The notes: generated by a model from the letters alone, not told the origin. 64,000 nucleotides of DNA from Candidatus Latescibacterota bacterium (GCA_963791045.1 CAWBQK010000015.1:128001-192000); one strand, 5' to 3'. Counted from the first letter of the stretch, positions 9,844 to 20,189 are shown. Numbers and translations are program-made.

Positions 9844-11689
9844 GTTGTGTTCCCTCGACAAACAATGAAAGCTCGGGAATCCGATCCATCAAGAACGCTC
9901 TGACATGCGATTCGATTTTCTCGGTCGTGGAGTACTTCTGGATACGTTTCACGAGCAGTTTACATTCGTCATATGTGACCGACCGGACGATTTTCTTGAC
10001 TTCAGGCATCGCGTTCGGACTGCAGCTGAATTCATCAACGCCGAGCCCGAGAAGAATAACTGTTGCGAGCGGGTCCGCGCACATTTCGCCGCAGACCGCC
10101 GTCGGAATGTTGTTCTTCTTTGCGGCATCCACCGTCATTTTCAAAAACCGTATAATGCTTGGGTGTAGATGCTGATACAAATGCGAAATCTTCGTATTGC
10201 CTCTGTCAACCGCCATCGTGTACTGGACCAAATCGTTGGTTCCAACAGAGAAGAAATCAACTTCCTTCGCGAGCGCTCCCGCCATGGCGACCGCCGCCGG
10301 AGTCTCGACCATGATGCCGATTTTTACATCGGGATCGATGCGGTAACGGCTCTTCGTCAAGTCAGCCTTAACCTCTTCGCAAATTTCCTTGGCCAGGATG
10401 ACTTCCTCGATCCCGACGATGAGAGGAAACATGAGCCGGACTTCTCCGTAAGCGCTTGCGCGGTAAATGGCTCGAAGTTGTGTTTTGAAAATATCTTTTC
10501 TTGTCAGAAGAAAGCGAATACCGCGCCACCCCATAAACGGGTTCAGTTCCGCCGAACTGTGCAGATATCCCGCGATCTTGTCGCCGCCGATATCGAGCGC
10601 ACGTATCGTTACAGGCTTGCCCTTGATATTGTCAACGACCTCGCGATAAACCTTGTATTGCTCCTCCTCGGTGGGAAGCTGGTCCTTCGCGATGAAGAAG
10701 TACTCGGTCCTGAAGAGCCCGATGCCCTCCGCACCGAAGTTGAGCGCGGACTCGATCTCTTCCGGCAGATCGATGTTCGCCTCGAGAAGAATCTTCCTGT
10801 GGTCGAGCGTTTCGGCGGGGTATCCGGTCAGAGTGAGAAGCTGTTTCTCGAACTCTTTCCAGCGATCGATCTCGACCTGGTATTTCTCTACGGTGCTATC
10901 AAGCGGATTGATGATCACGGTGCCGCAGTTACCATCGAGGATCACCATATCCCCGGTCTCGATCAGCGGACTGGTGTCTTCGAGACCAACGACCGCGGCG
11001 ACGCCCTGAGATCGAGCGATGATCGCCGTGTGCGACGTCCGACCGCCAAGGTCGGTGGCATATCCGAGCACGAGACGGCGGTCAAGCTGCGCGGTATCGC
11101 TGGGAGAGAGTTCGTGAGCGACTACGATAGAGGGTTCGGCCGGATTGAGAATCATCTCCCGTTCCATCCCGAGAAGCTTTCGCAGCACGCGTCGTTTGAC
11201 ATCAAGAATGTCAGCGGCGCGGTCTTTGAGATATTCGTCGCCGATATTGCCGAAGCTCGAAACAACCTTTGATATGACGACCTTCAGGGCCCACGCGGCA
11301 TTGAATCCCTCGGTGCGAATCAGGGCTTCGGTGTCGTCGACCACCATCACGTCATCGAGGATGAGAAGATGGGCATCGAAGATTCGAGCATGGTCCTCGC
11401 CCATTTGATTGGCGAGGTCGGTCTTGATTTCAAGGAGTTCTTCACGGGTAACCGCGAGCGCCGAGTTGAAATTATCAACCTCGGACTCAACCATGTCGTG
11501 CGGAATCCGCGTGTGCGGAACGCTGAGGTCCTCCGAGTCCACGACGTGTGCTTTGCCAATGACGATCCCCGGCGCGGCGGAAATGCCGTACCGGATTACT
11601 TCGTCTTTGGATGAACGCGCGGAATCATCCTTTGACTCGCTTCGGGAGCCCACAGTGTCCTCCGAAGATTTAAGCCGTTTGGTGTCCAT
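9833..11689 (-). CDS. ptsI: PTS enzyme I
   Basis: GGRTSHTAI phospho-His, GIGLFRTE, MVETP, SVGTNDL, CGEM. Confidence 0.97.
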   Translation of the reverse strand: MDTKRLKSSEDTVGSRSESKDDSARSSKDEVIRYGISAAPGIVIGKAHVVDSEDLSVPHTRIPHDMVESEVDNFNSALAVTREELLEIKTDLANQMGEDHARIFDAHLLILDDVMVVDDTEALIRTEGFNAAWALKVVISKVVSSFGNIGDEYLKDRAADILDVKRRVLRKLLGMEREMILNPAEPSIVVAHELSPSDTAQLDRRLVLGYATDLGGRTSHTAIIARSQGVAAVVGLEDTSPLIETGDMVILDGNCGTVIINPLDSTVEKYQVEIDRWKEFEKQLLTLTGYPAETLDHRKILLEANIDLPEEIESALNFGAEGIGLFRTEYFFIAKDQLPTEEEQYKVYREVVDNIKGKPVTIRALDIGGDKIAGYLHSSAELNPFMGWRGIRFLLTRKDIFKTQLRAIYRASAYGEVRLMFPLIVGIEEVILAKEICEEVKADLTKSRYRIDPDVKIGIMVETPAAVAMAGALAKEVDFFSVGTNDLVQYTMAVDRGNTKISHLYQHLHPSIIRFLKMTVDAAKKNNIPTAVCGEMCADPLATVILLGLGVDEFSCSPNAMPEVKKIVRSVTYDECKLLVKRIQKYSTTEKIESHVRAFLMDRIPELSLFVEGTQHGL

Positions 11690-11700
11690 ATTTCCGGATT

Positions 11701-11967
11701 TTATTCTTCGTAAAACTTATTGTTGATGAGTTCTTCGATGGCATCACGGGCTTCCGATTCGTCGCCCCCATCGATCTCAATGGTTATCATCGCGCCGGGT
11801 TCAATCGCCAGGCTGGCCAGCCCAAGGATGCTCTTGCCGTTCGCCTTTTTGCCATCCTTGATGACAAAAACTTCGCTGTCGAACTTCGTAGCTGTTTTGA
11901 CGAATTCACCCGCTGCTCGCAGATGCATCCCGATCTTGTTGGTCACTTCGGCCTCAAACTGTATCAT
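11701..11967 (-). CDS. ptsH: Phosphocarrier HPr
   Basis: GMHLRAA (His15 equivalent) and NGKSILG (Ser46 equivalent). Confidence 0.95.
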   Translation of the reverse strand: MIQFEAEVTNKIGMHLRAAGEFVKTATKFDSEVFVIKDGKKANGKSILGLASLAIEPGAMITIEIDGGDESEARDAIEELINNKFYEE

Positions 11968-12039
11968 AACTATACTCTGTTCTGTAACCGGCCGTTCGAT
12001 ATCTCTCGCCGGTTTGCACGGGCGACCCGCATGACAACC

Positions 12040-12792
12040 CTAGCCAATTAGAAGAGCTATAAACGCAGAGGTTGGGAAAAGGATTATTGCAACCCAGGAA
12101 GCTGGAACATCTCTTCTCAAAAGATAAAGGGTAACCGCCGCCAGGATAACGGCCAGCAACAACGTGATATGGCCGTGTTCGGGGAACCGGTGAAAAAGAA
12201 CCCCAAGAAGCACCCCCGCCACACCCGCACTCATCCCTTCGACGATGCTCAATACCTTTTGGAACTCGGGACCCGAGAAGACGTCCACGAGCTCCCAGCC
12301 TTTGGCGTAGCCAAAGAAAACTCCCCACAGGCGGCACGCGACTATCATCACGTTATATAGCAAAAAAACTGCCAATAACCCCAAGGGGAGCTTATATATA
12401 GCAAAGATACATGCGAAAGTCAATGCCAAGGGTTTTAGATTTCCGATAAACAGCATGTCCCCCATGGCGGCAAGAGGCCCGGTCAACGCGCGTTTAAAAT
12501 ATTCGATATCATCGTCGGTTACCGGCTTCCCGTCCCTCTTATCCTGCTCGAGCCTGAGCACTCCTCCAACAACGAGAGGTGTAAAATTCGGGTTGCAGTT
12601 AAAGAACGATAAGTGCTTGAGGAGTAAGGCGGTTCCACCCGTCGAGTCCAACTTTCCGCTGGCCGGCCCGAGGGCACTCACCAACCCCAGGTTCTGCATC
12701 CCACGCCGGTTGAGAAGCCCCTGGAGAAAGAGGAGCCGGAGGAATACGCGAAACAGCGTAAAACGGCCGATCTTGGTTTTTACCTCAGCCAC
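12040..12792 (-). CDS. PTS mannose/fructose/sorbose family IID
   Basis: MQNLG, HLSFFNCNP, GPLAAMGD. GTG 12792 overlapping the IIC stop is more likely than the ORF-track start at 12903. Confidence 0.88.
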   Translation of the reverse strand: MAEVKTKIGRFTLFRVFLRLLFLQGLLNRRGMQNLGLVSALGPASGKLDSTGGTALLLKHLSFFNCNPNFTPLVVGGVLRLEQDKRDGKPVTDDDIEYFKRALTGPLAAMGDMLFIGNLKPLALTFACIFAIYKLPLGLLAVFLLYNVMIVACRLWGVFFGYAKGWELVDVFSGPEFQKVLSIVEGMSAGVAGVLLGVLFHRFPEHGHITLLLAVILAAVTLYLLRRDVPASWVAIILFPTSAFIALLIG

Positions 12793-13478
12793 AGGAATAT
12801 CACCACCACCACGGCACAGACCAACAACGCGCGTCGGAGATGGTGCTGCCAGAACAGGTGGACGAGCGATGCGGCGCCTATCGCGGGAACGAGTAGACTC
12901 CACTTTGTAGCGCCTTCGACGAGCAAGCCGCCGGTAAACCGGGTCAGTCTGTCACCCGCGTAGTAACCTCCCGCCCCGAGAGCCAGGATGAGAAGCGCCT
13001 CAACAAGAAATATAAATCCGACGGCCCCCGCGTGGACCCAAAAGATCCGGCGCACCGTGGTCTTCCCGGTGGCGTCCGCGGCAAACTCGATTCCGCTCAG
13101 CATCCGATTTTGCAGCCCAAAAAGCGGTGCAGTTATCCGCGCCCCCACCTCGCCCGCAAGGAGTCCTATAAACACACCTATGGCGCCAACGAAGACAAAC
13201 CTCGGATCGCTGGTATTCTGAATGAGGAGGGCGGCGGTGCCAGCGCCAACAACCCCGGCGGCAATCTGATCCGGAATCCTTGCCCCGCGCATGGGAACGA
13301 TCGAGAGGTAAACGAGCTCGAGAATCACCCCGACGGCGAGCGCGATTTCGATCTCACCGATGGCGAACCCGACGGCGGCGGCGGAAAACACGGGCTGGGC
13401 GAGCAGACTCTGCCACCCCGCCCTGTAATCGACGGCGAGAATCCCGCCCATTATTCCCAGTATGACAAACGAACTCAT
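12780..13478 (-). CDS. PTS mannose/fructose/sorbose family IIC
   Basis: Hydrophobic; QPV, GVILELVYL..G..IPD pattern; lies between IIB and IID. Confidence 0.85.
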   Translation of the reverse strand: MSSFVILGIMGGILAVDYRAGWQSLLAQPVFSAAAVGFAIGEIEIALAVGVILELVYLSIVPMRGARIPDQIAAGVVGAGTAALLIQNTSDPRFVFVGAIGVFIGLLAGEVGARITAPLFGLQNRMLSGIEFAADATGKTTVRRIFWVHAGAVGFIFLVEALLILALGAGGYYAGDRLTRFTGGLLVEGATKWSLLVPAIGAASLVHLFWQHHLRRALLVCAVVVVIFLWLR

Positions 13479-13589
13479 TTATCGAGCCTGGTTGGTGTGC
13501 CGTTCGAAATTGTAAACGAATGTCATTTTATAAGAGAAATCGCTGAGAATCCATGCAAATCCCCAGCATTCGATTGAACGTTGCTTGGC

Positions 13590-13712
13590 GCGGGGCGGGA
13601 CATGCCGTTTGCTTCGCGCTCTCCGCTGGCGGTCGGCTAACCGTCGGCTGCGCCGCCGGTGGATCCTCCCTGGCTCCGAGCAATGCTACGCAAACGGCAT
13701 GTCCCGCCCCGC
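13590..13712. repeat. 123-bp element bounded by a perfect 23-bp inverted repeat (MITE/REPIN-like or structured RNA)
   Basis: GCGGGGCGGGACATGCCGTTTGC (13590-13612) and its exact reverse complement (13690-13712), with an inner imperfect stem TCCGCTGGCGG/CCGCCGGTGGA. Confidence 0.85.
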
Positions 13713-13740
13713 ATAGGAGGCAACGAAGCAAGAGGGAGGG

Positions 13741-14217
13741 TCAGACTACGATAGAGTTTATGATCGTGGGGGTGTTGCCGGGGATGTCCTGGGCCGTCAA
13801 CGTCACGCCCTGCTTGACCAGCTCGCGCAGCAGGCGCTTGTCTTCTTCTGAGAGGAATACGAACGGAAGGATCTCGTCGGTCTGGGGGCGGTAGTGCAGC
13901 CCGCCGACATTTATTTCCTCGAACCGTGCCCCGGATTTGATCACTTCGTAGACGTCGGGAACGGACTCAAAAAGCATCAATACCGATTCCGATTTGAAGA
14001 TGTCGTCATGAAGACCCGCGGCGGTTTCGGCGAGCGTATGAAACGAGACCTTCATCTGCGGGGGTACGCTCGCCGTGTAGAACTTGCGTTCCCACGTGTT
14101 CCCCGCGATACGGTCGTTGGACACAACTATCCGATCGGGCTTCAACACCCTCGCCCACCCAAGGACCACCTGTCCATGGATAAGCCGGTCGTCTATGCGG
14201 ACAAGACTTAGCGGCAT
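13741..14217 (-). CDS. PTS mannose-family IIB
   Basis: RIDDRLIHGQV phospho-His motif, INVGG. Confidence 0.95.
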   Translation of the reverse strand: MPLSLVRIDDRLIHGQVVLGWARVLKPDRIVVSNDRIAGNTWERKFYTASVPPQMKVSFHTLAETAAGLHDDIFKSESVLMLFESVPDVYEVIKSGARFEEINVGGLHYRPQTDEILPFVFLSEEDKRLLRELVKQGVTLTAQDIPGNTPTIINSIVV

Positions 14218-14609
14218 TACATTTGGTTGGGATCCACCGACTGGATACTGCTGTGTCCGCGGCCAAGGATTTCCGCGGGAAGTTGCTCGAACGACACACT
14301 CTCTCGCTTGTTAAGAAAAGCGAGCAACATAGGCAGGTTGACCCCCGTTATTATCGGGACGTCATCACGCTCGACTTTCAGTTGCATACACGCGTGACAA
14401 CAACTCCCCCCAAAAAAATCGACAAAGACAACACATCGCTCGCCCGCCGCTGCCGCAACCAGCGAGTCGATCTCTTGTTTGAGCGCCTGAGGTGATTTCC
14501 CCTCATTGGTGACGCCGTGACAGTGCGAGAATTCGCCAAAAATGACTTTGGCGGTTTCGATCAACGCCGTCGCGAGCCTGCCGTGCGTGACAAGAATACC
14601 TGTGACCAT
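14217..14609 (-). CDS. PTS mannose-family IIA
   Basis: ILVTHG, DFFGGS, GVNLPML. True start is ATG 14609; the ORF-track extension overlaps hprK. Confidence 0.92.
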   Translation of the reverse strand: MVTGILVTHGRLATALIETAKVIFGEFSHCHGVTNEGKSPQALKQEIDSLVAAAAGERCVVFVDFFGGSCCHACMQLKVERDDVPIITGVNLPMLLAFLNKRESVSFEQLPAEILGRGHSSIQSVDPNQM

Positions 14610-14635
14610 GTTCGACCTGATTGATGAATTCGGTG

Positions 14636-15610
14636 CTACTCCGTATCGTACCTGAGATAATGGCGGGTCCGCCGGTCGCTTTCCATCTTGTCGATGAGGA
14701 GCTGGTTGAACCGGTCGGCCGCCTTGTACCCGTAAACCTTGAACATATGATTCATCGCGATGACCTCGGAAATTACCGTGATGTTCTTTCCGGGAAAGAG
14801 CGGGACGTCGACCCTCGGTATTTTGACTCCGAGTATTTCTGTGTAAACCTCGTCGAGGCCCTGGCGCTCCCAGTCTTTCTTCCTGTCCCATTCCATCAGG
14901 TTCACCACTACCTCGAGGCGTTTCTGGACGCGGATCGACCGGATACCGAACTTGGCCTGTATGTCGATGACGCCGATCCCGCGGATTTCCATGAAGTGCT
15001 GGAGGTGTTCATGCCCGCGGCCCAGGATGATGTCTTCGGCCTTCTTCATCATAAACACGCTATCATCCGCCACAAGCCTGTGGCCGCGTTCGACGAGATC
15101 GAGCGCGATCTCGCTCTTGCCGATTCCACTCTGGCCGGTGAAGAGCAGGCCGACGCCGTAAACATCGACCATCGTGCCATGAACGAGTTCCGTCGGAGCA
15201 AAATAGTCATCCAGAAATCGGGTGAGTTCGTGGATAAACGGCGTCGTCGACATGCTCGTTCTGAGCAGCGGAACACCGTGCTCGTTGCACGAATCGACAA
15301 GCTCGATTGGAACATCGAGATGGTGTGTGATGATGAAACAAACGAGCGGGACGGAGAAAAGGTTTTCCACGACCCGCTTGCGTTCTGATTCTTTTCTTGT
15401 ATTCAGATAGAGAATTTCGGTCTCGCCAAGAATCTGAATACGCTCGTTCAGGAATGTCTGCATAAAACCGGTTAGAGCGATTCCCGGCCTGTGAACGTCC
15501 GTAACCGTAATCGGCAGAGCTCCTTCGATGTGATCGTTGAGGTGTTCGAGCGCCAATGCTTCGGTGGTCGTCTCGAAGAACTCATTTACGGAGAGCATCT
15601 CTTTCTTCAT
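14636..15610 (-). CDS. hprK: HPr kinase/phosphorylase
   Basis: GQSGIGKSE Walker A, LVADD, MEIRGIGVID. Confidence 0.97.
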   Translation of the reverse strand: MKKEMLSVNEFFETTTEALALEHLNDHIEGALPITVTDVHRPGIALTGFMQTFLNERIQILGETEILYLNTRKESERKRVVENLFSVPLVCFIITHHLDVPIELVDSCNEHGVPLLRTSMSTTPFIHELTRFLDDYFAPTELVHGTMVDVYGVGLLFTGQSGIGKSEIALDLVERGHRLVADDSVFMMKKAEDIILGRGHEHLQHFMEIRGIGVIDIQAKFGIRSIRVQKRLEVVVNLMEWDRKKDWERQGLDEVYTEILGVKIPRVDVPLFPGKNITVISEVIAMNHMFKVYGYKAADRFNQLLIDKMESDRRTRHYLRYDTE

Positions 15611-15613
15611 GTA

Positions 15614-16144
15614 CTACGCCTCGATAAGCCCCAGTGATCCGTCCTCTCGCTTGAAGAGAACCGACAAACGCTTAGTGTTTTTGTTCGAAAAGATACTGAA
15701 TCCCTTGCCATCCGAATTCATCTTCTTGACCGCCTCGCTCAAGGTCAAAAACGGAAATTCGATCGGATCAACGGCGACAATCCCCTCGCCGCCTTCAGCA
15801 CCCTGCAGAGGCTCCTCGGGCGGGAGATCGACTTCGATCTCCCCGAGCTTGGGAGATTTCTTACTGAACCGCTTCCCCTTGTATTTGCTGATTTGCCTTT
15901 CGAGTTTTTCGACAACCCTGTCGACGGAGACGTACATGTCTTCGGATTCCTCGCGGCTGTTGAAATCCTTCCCGTTTACATGGACTGTAACCTCCACGGA
16001 ATGCCTGTATTTCTCGAGTTCGAAGATGATATGGGCGTTCACTATGTTGTCAAAATGCTTTGTCAGCTGCTCCACCTTGGTCTCTGCGTATTCCTTGAGT
16101 GCTGGGGTCAGTTCGTAGTGTCTGGAAGTCGTTTCAATGTTCAT
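15614..16144 (-). CDS. hpf: Ribosome hibernation promoting factor (long form)
   Basis: DMYVSVD..KLERQI.KYK with a C-terminal S30AE-like tail (VLFKREDG..GLIE); directly downstream of rpoN. Confidence 0.93.
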   Translation of the reverse strand: MNIETTSRHYELTPALKEYAETKVEQLTKHFDNIVNAHIIFELEKYRHSVEVTVHVNGKDFNSREESEDMYVSVDRVVEKLERQISKYKGKRFSKKSPKLGEIEVDLPPEEPLQGAEGGEGIVAVDPIEFPFLTLSEAVKKMNSDGKGFSIFSNKNTKRLSVLFKREDGSLGLIEA

Positions 16145-16411
16145 GTCTCACCTCTCTATAGCAATAAAGGTCAACTCACATGCCGCCTGCGGACACATCA
16201 AGATTCCGAACCGGGAGACAGGAGCTTGAGGTAAAGTTTCGCGTCTGTAAGACTTTTCTGGAGAGTGATGGAAATGCTGTTAAGTATCTAAATATCAACT
16301 CTTTCGCCTGTTTGATAGGTATTAATTAACGAGTTAACAAAGAGAGTTTTTCACTCTTCAATTACAGTATACATGGATGGGCGTAAACCCGCCAAGACTT
16401 TTAGCCGGCCG

Positions 16412-17851
16412 TTAATACTGCTTTCTCATCCTCGCCGGCAGTATGTTGAGCTGCTCCCTGTACTTCGCCACCGTACGCCGAGCGATATTGAGACCATCGG
16501 CCATTAGAATGTCGGCTATCTTCTGATCACTCAGTGGGTTATGGTCATTTTCCTGCTCGATAATCCGGCGTATTTTGTCCTTGGCGCTTTTGGCCGAAAT
16601 CTCGTTGCCGTCCTGAGTCCCAAGACTGCTCGAGAAGAAGAACTTGAGTTCGAAGACGCCCCTTGGGGTCTGAACGTACTTATTTGTCGTCACGCGGCTG
16701 ACCGTCGATTCGTGCATGTTGATCTCGCTCGCCACCTGCTGGAGGGTGAGCGGTCTCAAGGCTGCCGTCCCTTTTTCAAAAAACTCGCGTTGTTTCCGGA
16801 CGATGCACTCCATCACCTTTACCATCGTGCGGCGGCGCTGCTCAATCGTTTGAATCAGCCAGCGCGCCGACTTGAGCCGCGACTGGATAAACTCCTTCGT
16901 TTCACGATTACCTTCGTGGTTTTCCTTGAGAAGCTCTTCCTGGTACACCGAGTTGATCCGGAGCCTGGGGATATTCTTGTCGTTGAGATAAATTACGTAT
17001 TTTTCGTCGACCTTCTCCACAACGAGATCCGGAATCACGTAGTGCGGGTCTCCCGCCATGATCTCCAACCCCGGTTTGGGATCGAGCGTGCTGATTACTT
17101 TGCACTGGTTCTGAATATCGGGAATCGAAACTTTGAGCTTTTTGCTCAGCTCGGGGTATTTCTTCTGTTTGAATTCATCAAAGTGGTCGCGGATGATTCG
17201 TGCGGCCAGAGAGTCTTCCAGCCCGCGAACGGCGAGCTGAATGAGCAGGCTTTCCTTAAGATTGCGAGCCCCGACGCCGGGCGGGTCGAACGTCTGGATG
17301 ATGCTGAGGACCTTCTGAACTTCCTCGGTCGATGTCTCGAAGGTGTTTGCAACTTCTTCGAGTTCACAGGTGAGATAGCCGCTATCGTCCAGGCTGCCGA
17401 TGATATAGTCGCCAATCTCGATAGTGCGCTCGTCGTCGGTCACTATCCGCAGCTGGCTGATCAGCTGCTCGGTAAAAGAACGTTTTGCGACGGGAACTCT
17501 TTCGACAAAATCCTCCGGGGCCTCCTCGCCCAGACCGGCGGCAACTTCCCAACCGGACTGCAAGTATTCTTCCCAGTCCACTTCTTCGTCTTTTTCTTCC
17601 GAGTCATTCTCGTCGGCCTTCTCTTCGTTCTTGTCGGTCTCCGCTTCCTGGCGCTCTTCCTCCTGTTGGGTCTCGAGGAAATCCTCTTCTTCATCGAGGA
17701 GAGGGTTCTCCATGATTTCCTGCTTGAGCATCTGCTGAAGCTCGATCGCGGGCATCTGGAGAAGCTTGAGCGCCTGCTGGAGCTTGGGCGTCATCACCAG
17801 CTGTTGTCTCTGCCTTAAGTGCAGGCCAATTTTCATTTCCATCGCAATCAC
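16412..17851 (-). CDS. rpoN: RNA polymerase sigma-54 factor
   Basis: Gln-rich region I (MTPKLQQALKLLQ), HESTVSR, RpoN box ARRTVAKYRE. Start may be 17842. Confidence 0.98.
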   Translation of the reverse strand: MIAMEMKIGLHLRQRQQLVMTPKLQQALKLLQMPAIELQQMLKQEIMENPLLDEEEDFLETQQEEERQEAETDKNEEKADENDSEEKDEEVDWEEYLQSGWEVAAGLGEEAPEDFVERVPVAKRSFTEQLISQLRIVTDDERTIEIGDYIIGSLDDSGYLTCELEEVANTFETSTEEVQKVLSIIQTFDPPGVGARNLKESLLIQLAVRGLEDSLAARIIRDHFDEFKQKKYPELSKKLKVSIPDIQNQCKVISTLDPKPGLEIMAGDPHYVIPDLVVEKVDEKYVIYLNDKNIPRLRINSVYQEELLKENHEGNRETKEFIQSRLKSARWLIQTIEQRRRTMVKVMECIVRKQREFFEKGTAALRPLTLQQVASEINMHESTVSRVTTNKYVQTPRGVFELKFFFSSSLGTQDGNEISAKSAKDKIRRIIEQENDHNPLSDQKIADILMADGLNIARRTVAKYREQLNILPARMRKQY

Positions 17852-17870
17852 CTGGTCCAGTCGTTATTGC

Positions 17871-18625
17871 CTAGAGCCGGAAAGACTCGCCGAGATAGAT
17901 TTCTCTGACTTCGGCGTCTTCCGCAAGTTCATCGGGCGCACCGGATCTTTTGATGCTTCCCTCATACATGACGTAGGATCTGTCGGTTATGCTCAGGGTA
18001 TCCCTCACGTTGTGATCCGTAATCAGGATCCCGAGCCCGCGCTGCTTGAGCTTTTTGACGATTTTCTGCAAATCCGCCACGGCAATGGGGTCGATTCCGG
18101 CAAACGGCTCGTCGAGAAGCATGAATTTGGGCTCAATAACCAACGCCCGTGTGATCTCGACCCGTCTTCTTTCCCCCCCGAAAGCTGGTATCCCATACTC
18201 TTACGAATGTGCGAGATATCGAGCTCATCGAGGAGCAAATCGAGCTTTTCCTTACGCTCAGATTTGGTCATTTTCATCGTCTCAAGGATAGAAAGCAGGT
18301 TTTGTTCCACAGTCAGCCCTCTAAATATTGAAGGGTCCTGAGCGAGGTAACCTATTCCCATTCTTGCACGTTTGTACATCGGCGTCTTTGTGACGTTTTT
18401 ATCCCCGAGAAATATCTGGCCACCACTGGGCCGAATCATTCCAACTACCATGTAGAACGTCGTGGTCTTACCAGCGCCATTTGGCCCAAGAAGTCCAACC
18501 ACTTCCCCGGCATCAACCCGGATACTGACGTCGCTCACGACACGGCGTTTGCTGTACACCTTGACCAGGTTCTCGGTCTGGATATAAACCTCGTTCGAAG
18601 ATGGGGATTTCGCGTCTTCCGTCAT
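17871..18625 (-). CDS. lptB: LPS export ABC ATPase LptB, split by a 1-nt frameshift at a G7 run (18173-18179)
   Basis: GPNGAGKTT and YLAQ in ORF 18023-18625; [17 protein letters not shown] and YLGE in ORF 17871-18143. One extra G restores [15 protein letters not shown]. Confidence 0.93.
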
Positions 18626-19176
18626 CCGTCGAATTCACCTTCCTCGTCGATGATCGTCGCCTTAACGTCGCGTTTTATATCTACTTTTCCAAGATCGTCC
18701 CGGCACTCGAGACCGTACCCCGTCATCACGTCACGACCGCGCGTGAGCTTGACGAATGAATCGCTCAAAATCTTGTTTTTCTGATTGTCCCACAGCAGGC
18801 TGTCCGTCTCGAGAATATCCCCGTCAACCGACGTCACAACCACATTTCCCCAGGCGAGCATATTCCTGGTGTCCTCGTAGTATTCCCCAGAGTCCGAGAC
18901 GAGTGTCGTCCTGATATCACCCAGCTCGTCGAAGAATTGAAAGGTTGGGTTGTCGAGAATCACAAGCTTCTTTTCCTTGTACCGGCTCGCCATCGGTGCG
19001 GTGAGCCTCCAGGTGGCAAGCCCACTGTCGGTCTCTTCGGTCACAAAATCTACAAAGACGTCGTCGGGTGTGTCGCCGACTTCGTACGCGATTTCATCGG
19101 ATGGCTCGCTCGAACACGCGGCGAGGAAAAGCCCGGCGATTATCCCGAAATACAACAGCCTATTGAACCGTATCAT
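18622..19176 (-). CDS. lptC: LPS export periplasmic protein LptC (lipoprotein-like N-terminus)
   Basis: LFLAAC lipobox-like sequence; beta-jellyroll-like [23 protein letters not shown] 19176; ATGA overlap with lptB. Confidence 0.85.
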   Translation of the reverse strand: MIRFNRLLYFGIIAGLFLAACSSEPSDEIAYEVGDTPDDVFVDFVTEETDSGLATWRLTAPMASRYKEKKLVILDNPTFQFFDELGDIRTTLVSDSGEYYEDTRNMLAWGNVVVTSVDGDILETDSLLWDNQKNKILSDSFVKLTRGRDVMTGYGLECRDDLGKVDIKRDVKATIIDEEGEFDG

Positions 19177-20086
19177 TTTCACCCTCCACCCTCTCCTGTT
19201 CACGCCACCTGTCATGGAACCACACCCACTGCTTTGGATCGTACCGGATAAGCTGCTCGATGGCCAACGAGCATCGTCGAGTAAGCTCCTCAATTTTCTG
19301 ATTCTTGTCCAATGTTTTTTCCGGCGGTTCGACCCGTGGAAGAATCCGGATCTCGTGCCGCCCGTTGTGCCTCATGTAGATCGCCATCGGCACCACCGGC
19401 GCATCCGTCTGCACGGCAAGTCTCGCCACACCAGTCGGGGTATGCGCCGGTCGATCGAAAAACGGGACATAGATTCCGCTCACCCGGGTGTGCTGATCGA
19501 TAAGCACGGCCAGCGCTTCGCCGTCTCTCAGTACCCTGAGCACTTCTTTGCCGCCTGTATCTCGATCGATCGTTGTGTACCCCATCGATGCCCGGATCTT
19601 CACCAGCCGCTCATTCAGGCGCCTTTCCCAAATCTCGCGACCTACCACGTTCAGCGGGTACCCGTGATGGGCAAAATAGCCGGCAAGAAGCTCGAAACAG
19701 CCGATATGGCCCGTAATTACTATAATTCCCTTTCCAACCTCCAACGCCTCGTCGAGGTATTCCCGGCCTTCGACCTTCTCGACGAGCCCGGCCAGCCGTT
19801 CTTGCGAACTTCCCTCGAGATTGAGAAATTCGTAGAAATTCTTACCCAGCGTCTTGAAAGTCGCGCCGGCGAGCGCAGCGCGGACCGAGGCCGGCGACTC
19901 GGGAAACGCAAGGGCCAGATTCGACAGGGCGCGGTCGCGGTCCTTTTTGAAGATCCGGCTTGCCGTCATCCCAACCGCCGAAAAGAATTTCAACCCCACA
20001 CCGCGGGGAATGGTCCGAGCGAAGTGCATCAACCCGTTAAATGCGAGGACTTCGAGATTTCTTTTTATTTTTTTTGATCTTCTCAC
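19160..20086 (-). CDS. Lipid A late acyltransferase (LpxL/HtrB family)
   Basis: HIGCFE motif, LIDQ, VPFF, P.QWVWFHDRW; LPS gene context. Confidence 0.9.
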   Translation of the reverse strand: MRRSKKIKRNLEVLAFNGLMHFARTIPRGVGLKFFSAVGMTASRIFKKDRDRALSNLALAFPESPASVRAALAGATFKTLGKNFYEFLNLEGSSQERLAGLVEKVEGREYLDEALEVGKGIIVITGHIGCFELLAGYFAHHGYPLNVVGREIWERRLNERLVKIRASMGYTTIDRDTGGKEVLRVLRDGEALAVLIDQHTRVSGIYVPFFDRPAHTPTGVARLAVQTDAPVVPMAIYMRHNGRHEIRILPRVEPPEKTLDKNQKIEELTRRCSLAIEQLIRYDPKQWVWFHDRWREQERVEGENDTVQ

Positions 20087-20189
20087 CCTTGTACCCTAAA
20101 ACACCCTCTAAAAAGAAAGCATCAACTACTCCGCAAAATCTCTAAAAACCTTACACTTATATAGTTAGCACACAGGCAGGCGCTCGTCA

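Noticed and set aside
14610-14891. N-terminal extension of PTS IIA
   Set aside because: It overlaps the hprK 3' end; the IIA domain starts at ATG 14609.
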